A stretch of 62,887 bases of DNA, counting the filler, from Phoronis australis (lineage: Eukaryota; Animalia; Phoronida), in assembly GCA_002633005.1 (NCBI GenBank). It is 5 parts of 5 records of this genome, joined end to end, with 100 filler letters (N's around TTAATTAATTAA, not from the genome) between each part and the next. Parts side by side here need not be neighbours in the genome. Positions count along the whole stretch, not along the records: positions 1 to 30,055 come from NMRA01001036.1; 4 more parts are not named here. One strand, given 5' to 3'. Of the stretch, positions 1-12,379 are shown piece after piece. Both the position numbers and the translations under genes were made by a program. A model generated the notes under the pieces. It made no database searches. It was not told where the DNA came from and saw only the letters and a program-made list of their open reading frames with translations. How positions within the stretch are numbered: the stretch's first letter is position 1; every line of letters starts with the position of its first letter.

Positions 1-349
1 TTTTACCAATTTTCACATTTCCCGCCATGTGACATCATGGGTTGAACACAAGAGATCAGCGACTAGCATTGAACAACGGCGGAGAGTAGGGAATTTGAAA
101 GCGACAACGATTATGAGCAAGAAATGAACAAATACTATGAAGAAACGTACGATAATGGTGGCCAGGATGACGAAATGGGGTTGCACGAAAGCGTGAACGA
201 GTTTGATATGTTTTCAGCTGCGTACTTTTCTTAATTGAGGCCTTACGAACTGGATCCTCCCGCGAGAGAAGCGGCCTCGGGCTCGGCCAGTCAACCCAGT
301 CATCCAACAGACGATCCTGAATAATGAGCCGATGTTTCTGAATAGTAAA

Positions 350-835
350 TATTGGCCTTTATTGAACCAGGCCTTCATCGTAACATCTCCTCTGATTGGA
401 GTCGAAACACGACTCCTCAAAGTGGGCAGAACACAGAGTGGCCCCGGACAGAATCGCTTGGTCCACGCCGAGGTCCCACATTCTCGTTTGGCGCACGAAG
501 CGATGCCACTACTGCGCAACTTTGGCGTCCCGGGAACACCGAGACGTTCTTTGTCTGACTGCTATTGCTGCAGCATCCGCAAACACATCTTTTCATCCCT
601 CTACGAACCTTCTCGACGCTAAATATACTTTACTTTCACTGCACTCTATACACTTAGTTGCTGATCCGAACAGTGTGCCGAACGACTTGGGTTCAACTCA
701 TGACGTTGTACATAATTATTATTTTTTTTCAATTTTTACGTGTTTCTTTATGAGCTGTGCACTAAAGGCACTGAAATCAAGTAAGATATAATAATAAAAT
801 TTATTTTGAGGTACTAGAGTCATGTTGGGTACACT
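350..835 (-). mobile_element. Degenerate THAP-domain remnant with a Kolobok-like terminus
   Basis: The minus strand from ATG at 596 reads MKRCVCGCCSNSSQTKNVSVFP, then after a frameshift and a stop WHRFVRQTR...ATLCSAHFEESCFD (THAP C2CH signature). A TTAA|AGTGTACCCAAC end lies at 835-839. The left boundary is not defined. Confidence 0.65.
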
Positions 836-1080
836 TTAAATTACTTTAAGCCTGCTTAAGTGCTGACAGTATAATATTATGTCGCACTTGGTATTAGATG
901 TGTTGCTAGGAAGAGTCTGATGGGATTAAAATTAGATGTGTTTTGGAATAGATTCGTTGTATGAGGCTGCGCACACATTATGAAGTTCATGAAATGAGAA
1001 CTCTGACGGACAATACATACACTATGCTTTGATCAAGTTATTTCCCTTGATGACGTTTCATTGGCTATTTGCATGAATTT

Positions 1081-1463
1081 GTTTTATTTGTTTTACAGCC
1101 AAACCAGCTGCAACCCTGTGAATAAAGTACCCCCTGGATATACGAGTATGCCTGCATTGAATTTTTTAGTGTGACCCTCGGAGTCAGTACTCAGCTTACA
1201 AAGTTCAAGTAAATCACAAGGCATTGCATTGTTTTGTAAAATTCTGGATAAGTTCTTTAGCTAAATGTGGAAGGTAATGAGTACGAATGGGGATAGATGT
1301 AGTCATTTAATTTTCTGACGCTTCTTTGGCTAATTGTATGGGTGTGTGTTTAATTGTTTCACAGCCAAACAAGTTGTAACTCAGTCTGTGAATAAAGTAC
1401 CTCCTGGAGATGCGAGTAAACCTGCATTGATTTTTAGTGCAATCCTCCGAGTCAGTACTCAGC
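1081..1463 (+). repeat. Diverged ~110-bp direct repeat (about 1081-1195 and 1348-1463)
   Basis: Both copies share cagccaaac...ctgtgaataaagtacc.cctgga.at.cgagta..cctgcattga.tttttagtg..a.cctc.gagtcagtactcagc. Confidence 0.75.
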
Positions 1464-2944
1464 ATTAATAGTTGAATTATATCACTTGCTTTTCAGAAAC
1501 ACTTGTCGATGGATGATTAATTTAGCTGGTAACGTTCAGGTTTGAAATCAACCATGTTTCCAGCAGCAACATTAATGTCGATTGTGTAGCAAAAACTTCG
1601 TTTAATCTATTGTTTCAAAGATTTTACAAATTTATTGTGTTTAGACAAGTACCGCGCACAGTTCTACATTTGTATTACCTGAAATTGAACATGACACCGT
1701 TAGTATTTATCTAAAAATCTCAAGCAGGCCCCACAACACCCCATTGCCTGCCCTTGCCCTCAAATATGATTGTCAAGTATCATTTCTAGAATACAGGCTT
1801 TGTCTATTTTTTGTCGAGCTGTTCGTTAATGTGGCAATTTAGTTGAAATGTTTTAACGTCGTCTTCTTTAATTTTCTGTTGACTCCGTTTAAAGGATGAC
1901 AATGGAAATTTTCGCCTTGTAAAAATAGTATCTGGATTTGATGTTGTAGTTTTATTTCTATTACCCACATGAAAGGGTATAAATGCAATCGACATTTCGT
2001 CCGTCAAGCGGGCCAGTGCCTGCTGACAGCTGGTGTATCACGTCAGCAGTATCTGCGAAACCCTGTCATTGATGTTCGTCAATTTATGAGGATCAGTAAC
2101 TTTCGTGGATTGTATGGCACAAATAATTTCAACTCTTTTCGGATTTTAGCAAGGTTCGTTTGAGGAGAACACGATTGGCCTTCATTTTAGCACCTGCCTC
2201 GTTACTATGTCGCTTGAAGATCCTTGGGAAGGTGTAGACATGTTCCTACTGATGTATTGACATCTTTGCAAAAACCCTCAAGCTATGCTCAGTTTCAGAT
2301 ATTGTCGAATTCATACATTTTCTTGGACCCAGACTGGATAATATTTTCTCGGTGTTTTGTTGTTTCGGCAGGTGAAATTTCAAGCATCAGTTCCCTTTCT
2401 ATTTCCCCCCTTCTCTTCATTTTTGCGTATCATCAAGGCAGTGAAGCTCACCAAACGTCAGCGTGGTGTTCTCAACAGCAGTTTTTCATAGAAATTCCCA
2501 GGTTTTGTTAGATCAAAATTGTTTGGGAGTCCTCAAACGTTGAAGTCCCTACAATGGCGTAGTTTCAGAGTCTACATGATGGAGCTCTATCCATGTTGTA
2601 CAAGTCGTCCGTGCAGTCAAAAGTCGTGGACAGAAAGTAGATCTTAAGGCTCTGCCAAATTAGAGTGCTTAAAAATGAACTTGTTGCCAATTCTCAATTT
2701 TTCTAAATGTACTAGACCAAACTGTTCACTTGATTTATTTAAATGAGGTCCATGTATGTATGTTACCGTTGTCACATTTAAGCAAATATTTCTTTTTTGA
2801 TACCCATTTTGTGATGTTTCACCTCTTTGTTGTGCATCCTTCCTTGTGGATCATCATTCACTTCTAACTATACTTATTGTTATGTCAATGTCTCATTTAC
2901 AAAAAATGAATTCAACTGGATGTAGATCACATTTAAGGATAACA

Positions 2945-2945
2945 A

Positions 2946-2978
<33 letters not shown>
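2945..2978. repeat. (TA)n microsatellite
   Basis: Directly visible atatatgtatatatat... run. Confidence 0.9.
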
Positions 2979-2982
<4 letters not shown>

Positions 2983-3534
2983 GGTAGAGCATTTCTTTTG
3001 GCCTGTTGAAATGCTCCCATTAAACTGTCCACCGGCCGATAATATGGCAATGTTGACGGTATAAATTCTGACTGGCACTTTTTATTTATTGTCTTGTCAC
3101 GAAGGGCCTGTTGAGAATGAAATTAGGTGTGTTGTCGGTAGGACTTAACTACATCTGTGCAGCAAATCTAACACCATGAGTTTAAAGCATCGGAGCTGCT
3201 ATGCGACGATAATTGTAATGTATTACGTAGTTGCAGGTTTGGTCAACGTCGATAAATTTACTTTTAGAATGGTGAATAGTTTGCTAGTGTTTCTTTCCAC
3301 AATTTTCACTACCAGCGTATCCTCAGGTAGAATTTCAGGAACCTGCAGCCGTTTCCATACGACTGCATCGCCTAAAATAACGTCTTTTACGTGCGAATTT
3401 ACTATCCTATTCACAGGAACCTAAACCAAAAAATTTTATTACATTTAATACATTGATTACAAAAGACGGATACAGATACTGTTAATGCAGGCAGTGCATA
3501 CATGTATATATTGTTTCCCAATACCAATATATGC

Positions 3535-3834
3535 GTAACAGCGAAATAAAACAGCACGTTTTTATAAGAACTCGGTGTATTTTTGAGGGTTTTACATCGA
3601 AGTTTGATTATTTATTGGCGTTAAACGATGAATTCAAGCGTTAAGCTGACACCAGTAACCCGTGTTGTGAACTGCTGAACAGACTGCGTGTGAAACCAAT
3701 GACGTTGTTGGATACTTTCAAGAACTCCGTCTGCCGTCAGGTGTCAGGTAACGCAACCGAACATGCCGTTATCGAGTAGAACTACTCGATCTAAATTGAT
3801 ACAAAATAGGTTGTTTTTTGGGTGGCATTCTCCT
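3535..3834 (-). mobile_element. Terminal ~300-bp fragment of the Kolobok-like family at 42344-43999
   Basis: Reverse-complement match to about 42344-42642; ends in gggtggcattctcct|TTAA. Confidence 0.8.
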
Positions 3835-6800
3835 TTAAGATGTCTATGTGGCCAACATTCACCATTCTGCCAGGGAACCACCGAGCACTCCTTGATGCGA
3901 CTACAGCTGGCCGGAAAACTGCACGCGAGCTGCCACACGCTGTGTCTGCGCGAGACCTGCGGAGCCGGAGGGTTACCCTAATAATAATATTGTAAAGATT
4001 TCTTACTCTGTATCAATGTCTCATGCAACAAAACTCAAAGTTCTAATTCATTACATCAAAACATTGGCGGCTCAGCACTATGGTACATTGTCAATGCAAA
4101 ATTATTTTCCAACAGGGGTAAAACACATTATATGTCTTGAACAACAATACCTTACCTCACAGAGACAATTTACAATAAAGACACAAAATCGGTGACAATG
4201 AAGCATGAATCATGGTGAAGTGTTCAAAGTTCAACTGAGTATTAATACACTGATTTTATAGCAGACGACCCTTCAACAGTTATTTGAAGCTGTTTCCTAA
4301 AAAATATTCGATTTCTTTACTTGAATGTTTTTTTTCTTTTATTTTCGAATTTTAGAGGTTTTTCACCAACCATTTTACACCGTCGTACTACCGAGGGTTT
4401 AAAGGTTAACGCCGTGTGGTAAACATCGGTATTCATTTGTTCATTTATTCCTAGGACTTGTGAGTCGAATCTGAAATATGCACCACTTTTCAGTGGTCTT
4501 TTTCAGGGATGAAAAGAAAATGTAGGGCCTACTGGACACCACACAGGTACCTCAAAATTTGCTGAAAAAGTACGATCCTTACTTGTTAGTACGACAAACC
4601 CCGGAATGTACGTACATTGTAGTCTTCACGTGTGCACGTGACACCACTGTCTCGAGTATTTAAGCCTCATGCTTGTCTGCGTCGTTGTTACAGTCGAAAG
4701 AAAAGTTGAAGATGACGTCGGTGCTGAGTTATTTCGTCTTGGGCATGGTGTTTAAAGGTACATTTTTCTTTAATAATTTTAGTTCTCACCGCAAATCTGT
4801 AGCATACACAAAACCTACCGAGATTGTCGAAGGCTACTGTACATGCAAGTGTAGTAATGCCCAAGACATATTACTATGCGCATCGACTGGGACCGAAGGT
4901 ACTCTGACAAATCAGAATCAAGGTCCATATTCGGCTGCCACTTATGAAGGTTGTCATATAACTGTAGAACCTGGGATATTTTAAAGTATCATCATTCCAG
5001 GCTGGTAATCTAAAATATTTTGCACAAAAACTACCAAGTAAAATTTTCTGGCGTATTGCAACGCAGTTGTATAAAAGGGTACGCACACTACAACTTCTGG
5101 TCACTGCCCACCTACATCATGCATAAATTCATAAGTAACTGTTAATTCAATAAGTTCTTACTCAAATTGCAGAAGAACAATGTTTCACATAATAAAGTCA
5201 GAAAAGGTATTACCATGCTGATCAAGTTGTTCTGGACGATGATATATTGCATATCTTAAGTTAAACATAGTGTAATGAGGACTTCTTCTCTTTCAATATG
5301 ATTCTTACATGTAGAAAATGACAAGTAACTACTTTTTTCAAAAACTTTATTATTGTTAGTTGCCTAATTTTCAACACATTCACCACTTGGTCAAAATAGT
5401 CAAAGCAATGCTACGCCCAGTGTTCAACTTGTTAACAGTACAAAATGGTTAGGGGTACGATCAATACGCACAGTCAATCAATGTCAAAGTTGCACATGTA
5501 TGGGATGACCTTGAGTTTTGTGATGCCTCTACTAGTTGTTTTGTTTTAAGTTGTATTGAGAGATAGAGAACCTGTCTCTGCAAAATCAGTTGTCACATGA
5601 TGTGTCTCTTAGAATGTTACTAGCCAAGTCCTGTTTGGCATTTTATTGCGCATAAGTTTATTAATGTCCATTGTTTTTTGTCAGACTGGATGTATTCTGG
5701 AAATATCAGTATTGTTCATGAGAACAGCAGTGTGTAAAATTGTTTGAGAGCAATACTTCATAGCACATAGGTTGAAGGTACGTACACTACACAGGGGGTA
5801 CCGCGTACAATATATTTCAATTAAATTGGCAGGTTTATAAAAACATTAAAATTTGTTGAGAGTTAGTTCATTTTCCAAATCTATTCAAAGAGAACGAATA
5901 AAAAGTTCAGCATACCTGTGCATATCTGTCTGTCATTCTTTGAAAACCGGCACATGTTAAACTTTAGAGGTTCGTACAATACACGAATGCGAACATTTCA
6001 CTCAAAATAAATGCAATTTAACCTAGTACTTTAATGCAAGAAACTGTCTGTAACGCTTTTAAGGCAGGAAACTGTCTATGACCAATGTTAGTCACTTACC
6101 AAGTAATATTTTTATGGTATATGTAAACATGGGGATACGTACAGTAAAAAAGAGAGTACGTATACTACATCACTGTTTCTGCATCACATGGTAACATAAT
6201 GTATAACCATTCTTTTTTCTTTGGTCATAATAAGCACAACACTTACGTCAAACACTTAAATCAAGCTTTAGATCTCTTTCTTGAAATCATTTTGAGCCAA
6301 ATTGAACTTTTATTTTAAAATTTAGTAAAATTTAGGAATTGTCTTAGCTAAGTCAGTTCTGTTGGAACGGGCCCCTGGTCTCACACGTTGCAAGCCCTTA
6401 TTACATGATTATAGGATGTTATAAGGATCCAAGAAGTACCTACCCCATAACTAATACACGATCCGTACTTGACAAAAGTTTAAATGAACGTGCCACTCAC
6501 GATTCGCACCGATGAACCACCGCCATTTTGAACTTTCCGTGAACCTGGAATTACATTCAGGAACCCAGGCTAAGAAAACGCCGTCAGTTTGAATGGAAGA
6601 GTGCCTGTTACCAGCCTGCAAACAGGGATAAATTAATGGACAGCGCGCCTTAATTTTAATAAAATCAAAATACGGACAATTTTATCGAAACTGCTGAAGA
6701 AATGTGGCGAATAAATTATGAAAGAATTTATTTTGCCGGCCTCGGGACCGCAGCCTATTGGACCCGGTGCGGATCGAGACAAGACGCACGCGAACGGTAA

Positions 6801-8034
6801 AGGCATGCGGTTGCAAGCTGTTTTGTCCAAGCAAATTGTTCAAATCATAAATGCCGTATAAATTCAAATGTAGTTTCTGTCACTTGCATCAAATTACGGA
6901 CTGGTTAAGCCTGTGTCACACTGCCGCGGCAGCCCTTAGCTAGCCTCAGTGCCAGCTACCAGTATGAAGACTACCGTCAGCTAGCTTGCTGGTAGGCCCC
7001 TACAGCTTTTTGCCAAGGTTACCCTTAGGCCTGCCTGGTCGCTGGCGACAGCGCTCGCTCAAACGAGGTTTATTTACAACTTGGGTACTTCTGGCGAACT
7101 GTGCAAAGTTGTTGGCTTTCAACAGAGATTTTCCAAGACTGTATGAGCACAACAAGCTTAAACAAAGGGGGGGGGGGGGGTGNGGTATGTTCAGAGTTAT
7201 GAATTACAGACGCAAAATTTTGTGCTTCCTGTCTTCTAGTGGAATACATCGTCTCGTTCTTTACTTTTTTCGGAGTTTGTGCTTCTGTGTCTGAGGCAGA
7301 CCTTTTTCCATTTATCCAAATAGGGGGATCGTTCGAGCACATAAGTATGACAAGTCCATTACTAAACGTTATATTTTTTATTCATTAAGCCAAAATGATT
7401 TAACCGTTTAACATAATAAGTAACTTAAAGTGCAAAATACTTTACAACATTTAGCCTTACAAACACTATTCAACAGCAAAAGTTTCCACGATATGAAAGT
7501 GGCCGTACACTGTACATGAAACAATTAATATGGTGACCAAATAGTGTTTCCTTACACCAGAATTTGACAGAATGATTAAAAAAATATGAAGTTACAAGGA
7601 ACAAGAATTGGAGGCGTGAAGCTTCACAATCCAACATAGCTTATTTCTCAAATTAAGATTATTCATATTGCAGGTGGTTATTTCTGAATTATTAAAGTAA
7701 TCTTTATTGATGTTAAAGGTTTTACTAGCGTTCTATTTAATTGTACACGAATGCGAAGTTGTTGAAATCGCCGATCCAAATCTTGGCCAAATGTGCGCAT
7801 TCTGCTGAGACCAACCGTCTTATCAGGTCCAGAGAAGAGTACTTTGGTTAATTCACTCACTAGACTATGACTGAAGTTCTTCGTAAGGACAGGAGTTCAT
7901 GAGTCACTACCTTTGGAAGAAATTTAGCGGACAATTTTCGTCAAAAAGTTTACGAGATAGTTTTCATCAAAACGGAGAAAACAAAAAATGGATTTGTGAA
8001 GCCAGGATTAAGTAGTAGGCCTACCAGAGCCTCT

Positions 8035-8228
8035 TATAAAACGTTCATCTTCAAAGTGCCTTGAACAAATGTATAAGTCTTATTGCTGAAACAACTGCCA
8101 TTCACGTCGACACAAGAAATAAGATTTTCTTCCCACAGCCGATTATGGGGTCGTCGCAAGGTATGGAAGCTAATTCCTTTGCATTTCGCCTGTGTGGCCG
8201 AACAACCGGCCACACAGCAGCCGACCAT
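8035..8228 (-). mobile_element. Frameshifted THAP-domain remnant (DNA transposon relic)
   Basis: MVGCCVAGCSATQAKCKGISFH...W...; after a frameshift ICSRHFEDERF. A CATAGACT-type end lies upstream at about 8371-8378 on the minus strand. Confidence 0.7.
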
Positions 8229-8802
8229 GATTAGCAGATGACGTACTTGCCGGAAATTGCACCAGAAAATTTAGCCATGTGTCGCCAGTGAATAATGACG
8301 TAAGGGCTTATGCGTAAGATCACAAATTTCGTCCATTGAAAGTATGCGGAGTTGGCCGTCCATGTACTATAGTCTATGGTGCAGACAACTAAAGCACGTG
8401 CAATCTCACTGCAGTTTCAATATCTCTTTGCCTTCTTGATTTCACACCCGCACGTGAAACAGAACAACAAAAACAAAACAATACAACTAAAAACACTGTC
8501 AGTCTGCATGCTGACACTTGTATTGCACATTTTTAGAGTATATCTACAGACTACATAACGCGTTACCTTCTACCGCATGAATCACAAAGTCATTATATAC
8601 ATGTAGATGTACCATGGAATTCGGGTTTGTTTCAATTATCAATTAAGAAATACAAAGTATGCTACTTTTGTATTGATGATATTATAGCTGTTATACACAT
8701 ATAGGGCAAACAGAATATATTTGCAAAAGAAGCAGGCATAAACCAGGGTGTTGAAATGATGCAAATGTTGCTATATAATATCAAAATATTTGGAAAGCTT
8801 AC

Positions 8803-9242
8803 CTGGTGTCACAATCTCCAACAGCAGAATTCCAAATGACCACCTTAAAATGTACGCGTCTACATGTACATGTGGAAAATGGTAACAATATACAAACAAC
8901 ATAGTTTCTTCAATTCTTCTAAAAGACTTTTGTGATTTTGAAGCCAAAGTGACCCTCTTGTAAAACACAAGAGGTCACTGAGAATAACTTAAAAAAAACG
9001 TTGGATGTGAGATTCAATAAAGTTTCCAGATACAACCATATAAAAATGACGTACACGTCACTTTTTGTTGTCTACTACAATTGGTTGAAGAGCAACTCGG
9101 GCGCTATCCAGCGTATTGGTGCTCTCGTCTGGTTATGTATCACGTAGATGTGTTCATTTCTGCCGAGTCCAATGTCAGATATATTGGCTGTCAAATCTTC
9201 GCTAGCCAGGATAATTCGTGCAACAAGGTCAGGATGAATTAT
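8803..9242 (-). pseudogene. Tyrosine kinase pseudogene, two exons (9055-9242 and 8803-8843), subdomains VIb-IX
   Basis: Canonical AG/GT splice sites. The spliced product is IIHPDLVARIILASEDLTANISDIGLGR...PIRWIAPELLFNQL**TTKSDV|WSFGILLLEIVTPG: HRDLAARN is changed to HPDLVARI, DFG to DIG, and there are two in-frame TAG stops. Confidence 0.85.
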
Positions 9243-10214
9243 CTGCAACAGCACTAATTCATAAAAAATCGGTTCGTGTTTGCAATAAAGCACGATTACA
9301 CAATTTGAAAATAAAACTCGCAATATTAACGACACCATTCTGAACAACGAATGCCTTAACTTCATTCACATTTTATTAGACAGTCCATATAAAAACCAGT
9401 AGATTTTCAAAAATCAGTCTATACGTCAAAATTTGAAACAACTTCATTTTTGTAGATGGGTAGTTATCGTAACATAAACCCAAATGCCATATTTTGTATA
9501 CTCAATGACCCCTAATTTCGCCGCTGGAGCATAACACAAATTGGCACAATCGGGCATATTAGCCGTCTCAAAAATATCATGTTTTCAGCAACAAAAATGA
9601 GTAACATACAAAATAGATCAATAGCTATATTTTGGTGGCTGAAATAACCAACATATACTGTACATAATTCTGTGCCATTTGTTACTAGACAGGGCAGATA
9701 ATCCACAGACCACTTTTTGGGGCTAATTTCAGTAGCCATTTTTGTGACCTTCTTACTGCCATAAAACACCTTGTAGCCTTTTGTGACGTTTGGAACATAC
9801 AGTTAAAGAGTTAGCCTTCAGGACTGACCAATAAAAATCTTGCCTCAACTTTGCACCTTAGTGAAAATTGTCTTGCAAAACTGTCCATTTTCATAGTTTG
9901 GAACTGGCGAGCAGAGTTTACAGACCATTTGAATAAACATTTAGGCAAGAAGTCTGCTTTAAATAGTTATAGGAACCAAGTCTAAACTCTTTCAAATAAA
10001 AATAAGATGTTTTCCGGGTTTATTACGCGGCTAGTATCAAACTTGAACCCAATGACCTTTGTCCACTGAGGGAGTCCGTTGAGGTTAAGCTTGAGGATAT
10101 AGAAAAAATGTACATGTAACCCTCTTGTATTCTTTCATTTCTTTTACAAAATCAAGTTCATTTAAACACTCTGTAGAAATTTTAAATGGAAATAAATGCC
10201 TTTCAGATTAAACG

Positions 10215-11835
10215 AGTAAGAATTGATATTTGTGATGACTGGTTTTGAGAGAAGCAAGTGCATTTTAAAAAGACAAAATGGCGGACGATGTCGATGGGCC
10301 TTCATGTTCCTGTAGAGTTTATTCTGCAAAAATCCGATCACAAAAGCTTTGTGCTTTAGTGAGTAATGTCAAAGACATCACTTAACATTTGAGATACAGG
10401 AAACTACCTCACAAAGCAAAGCCTGTGCCAGAGTACTCACTCGTACTACCCAGAGTTGGTGAATTTCTGACTGAAAAGGATCGGTAATGGAAGAGAGGGG
10501 AATGCTGGATGTTACCACTCTGCTCCTCTCCTCCTGAACGTAGCAGCCTTGTCAAATTCTACCGGCATTTCTGTTTCGAAATATGACTTTAGTGAAAGTC
10601 AGAATGGAAAGGATCTCTGTGATCGCAAGATCGCTCCACTCAAACAACCCCTCTACTTATATTCGGCTTACGTTAAGCTGCTGGCCCGCAAACGCAACCT
10701 CAAGCAGACTGCATCCCAGCTGGGTGAGTTCAATGATGGCAGCCGCCTACTCGAAGCCGGTATTATTTATGGCCATGCTGCGAAGAGTCACAAGAAGAGC
10801 CGTGCCCGAGTGCTGTCTAATCAAATGCTTTCAGGCAACGTCAGCCCTGGAGTTCTGCGCCTCCTGCTGTCACGGGCATGGTCTGGGGATTGGATTAATG
10901 CACCAGCATATCCCCAATGATCCGGTCCGTGACAGGTATTACAGGTATTACAGGTATGTCCACTCAAACAACATGCAAAGCACTTTGTAGCCGAAGGTAA
11001 CAATATCATAAACTTTCTGGATTTGAAAGAAGCATTACTTTCCAGTGGCCGTGTGAAGGGATGTTGTGTGTATGCATGTTCAGTCAATGCAACAAAGTCT
11101 TTTCCAAAATACTCAGTTGCTGGTAAAAGCTCATTCCCAAATTCGCACTATTCCACCCAAGGAAATCATTCCATGTAGGTGACGATAAGTTCTTACACAT
11201 ACTGAGAAAATGGGACACCTATTTCTCTAAAATACACTAACATCTCTAGACATGGTGGATTTTCAACACCAAGAGTTAAGGTTGGCATTGTGTCTAGTGA
11301 AGAGCCTCAACAAAAGTTCCCTTGTACAAGGTCACTCGAAATTTTTTGCTACAGACGCAGAACTAGGTCAGCATTTGGATGTCGGTAACCATACTGAACA
11401 TTTACAGAGGGAAACCACGTATGACCACATCGCACGACGGTGGTCAGAAATGCTCTCAGATGCAAGAACCGGAGCGTCATTTGAGGCAGCCTCAGTGTAC
11501 TATTTGGATGAGACGAATGCTGAAGCAATAGGTTAGGCATTAAAAAAAAGGTGAAGGGTCAACAAGTTTTTCAGTAAAGGTTAAGAACTTTCTGACGAAC
11601 ATATTCGATGAAGGAGATAAGTCAGTTAAATACGTTCACCCTCGAAAGTGCCAAAATGGAGAAAACATTACCAGAACCCACTGGTAAAGTGTTTACCTGT
11701 GATATTAATTGAATCGCATATTGGTGGATTTTTTCGAGGTTGTCTGCAGCAATGTTTATGACGATGCAATTTCTGCTGAAGATGCTGTTATATCGTCAGA
11801 TTTACTGAATGAAGTGGTAAATGAGCTCAACTTTT
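10215..11835 (+). mobile_element. Degraded Sola-type (probably Sola3) DNA transposase
   Basis: Motif remnants in order: NAGCYHS (10501), YDFSESQNGKDLCDRKIAPLKQ, HAKHFVAEGNNI...LKEALLSSGRVKG, a HLDVGNH zinc-finger remnant, G*ALKK...FSVKVKNFLTNIFDEGDKS. Many stops and frameshifts. The subgroup is recalled from motifs and the ends are approximate. Confidence 0.55.
10649..10958 (+). mobile_element. 310-bp retroposed insert (SINE or 5'-truncated LINE 3' end)
   Basis: Flanked by an exact 14-bp duplication tccactcaaacaac (10635-10648 and 10959-10972) and ends in an (acaggtatt)x~3 tail. Removing it restores the transposase frame. Confidence 0.8.
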
Positions 11836-12379
11836 AGCCTAGTTTTGTACCATACCAGTCAAAGATGTGTGATATATGAAGTCGAGAGCGTGACTTCTGT
11901 TTAGTTCATGTCTGTCATGAATGAGTCATTAATGAAATTGTCTCTCGTGAAGTATTTTCTATTGGTTGTGAATGTGTACATTTTTATACCACTGATGATC
12001 ACACTGACAGAAATATTCAGCGTTAGGGTGGCCGAAAATGGCATCAGTGAAAACCTGATACGCGTTCGTGATACGCCTTTAACAATTTGGCATGGAGATA
12101 CAAATCTTGCCGTTCGTGTTGATTCTGTAGTATATTATATTGACTTTTTCTGTAATCTCATGAGACCCCTTCCACTGCAGAGTAAGCCTGTAGTGGTCTG
12201 AGGAAAGTAATACCAACAATCTCTGTCCCACTTAAAACTAACTATCCGGGGCCTTCTTGTCGTAGCAATGCTTATGAATACCCCATGCATTGTATAAACC
12301 TGTTCTAGCCAACTCACAGGTCTCCTCTAAGCGGTTCCTGAGCTCGACGACATACTGGTAAGTATTACAGACGTCGTTG

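Noticed and set aside
4712-4984. Signal-peptide-like start and Cys-containing ORF
   Set aside because: No recognisable domain or coherent exon chain; may be chance or old debris.
10549-10920. 123-aa ORF as a gene
   Set aside because: Chimera of a transposase remnant and a retroposed insert.
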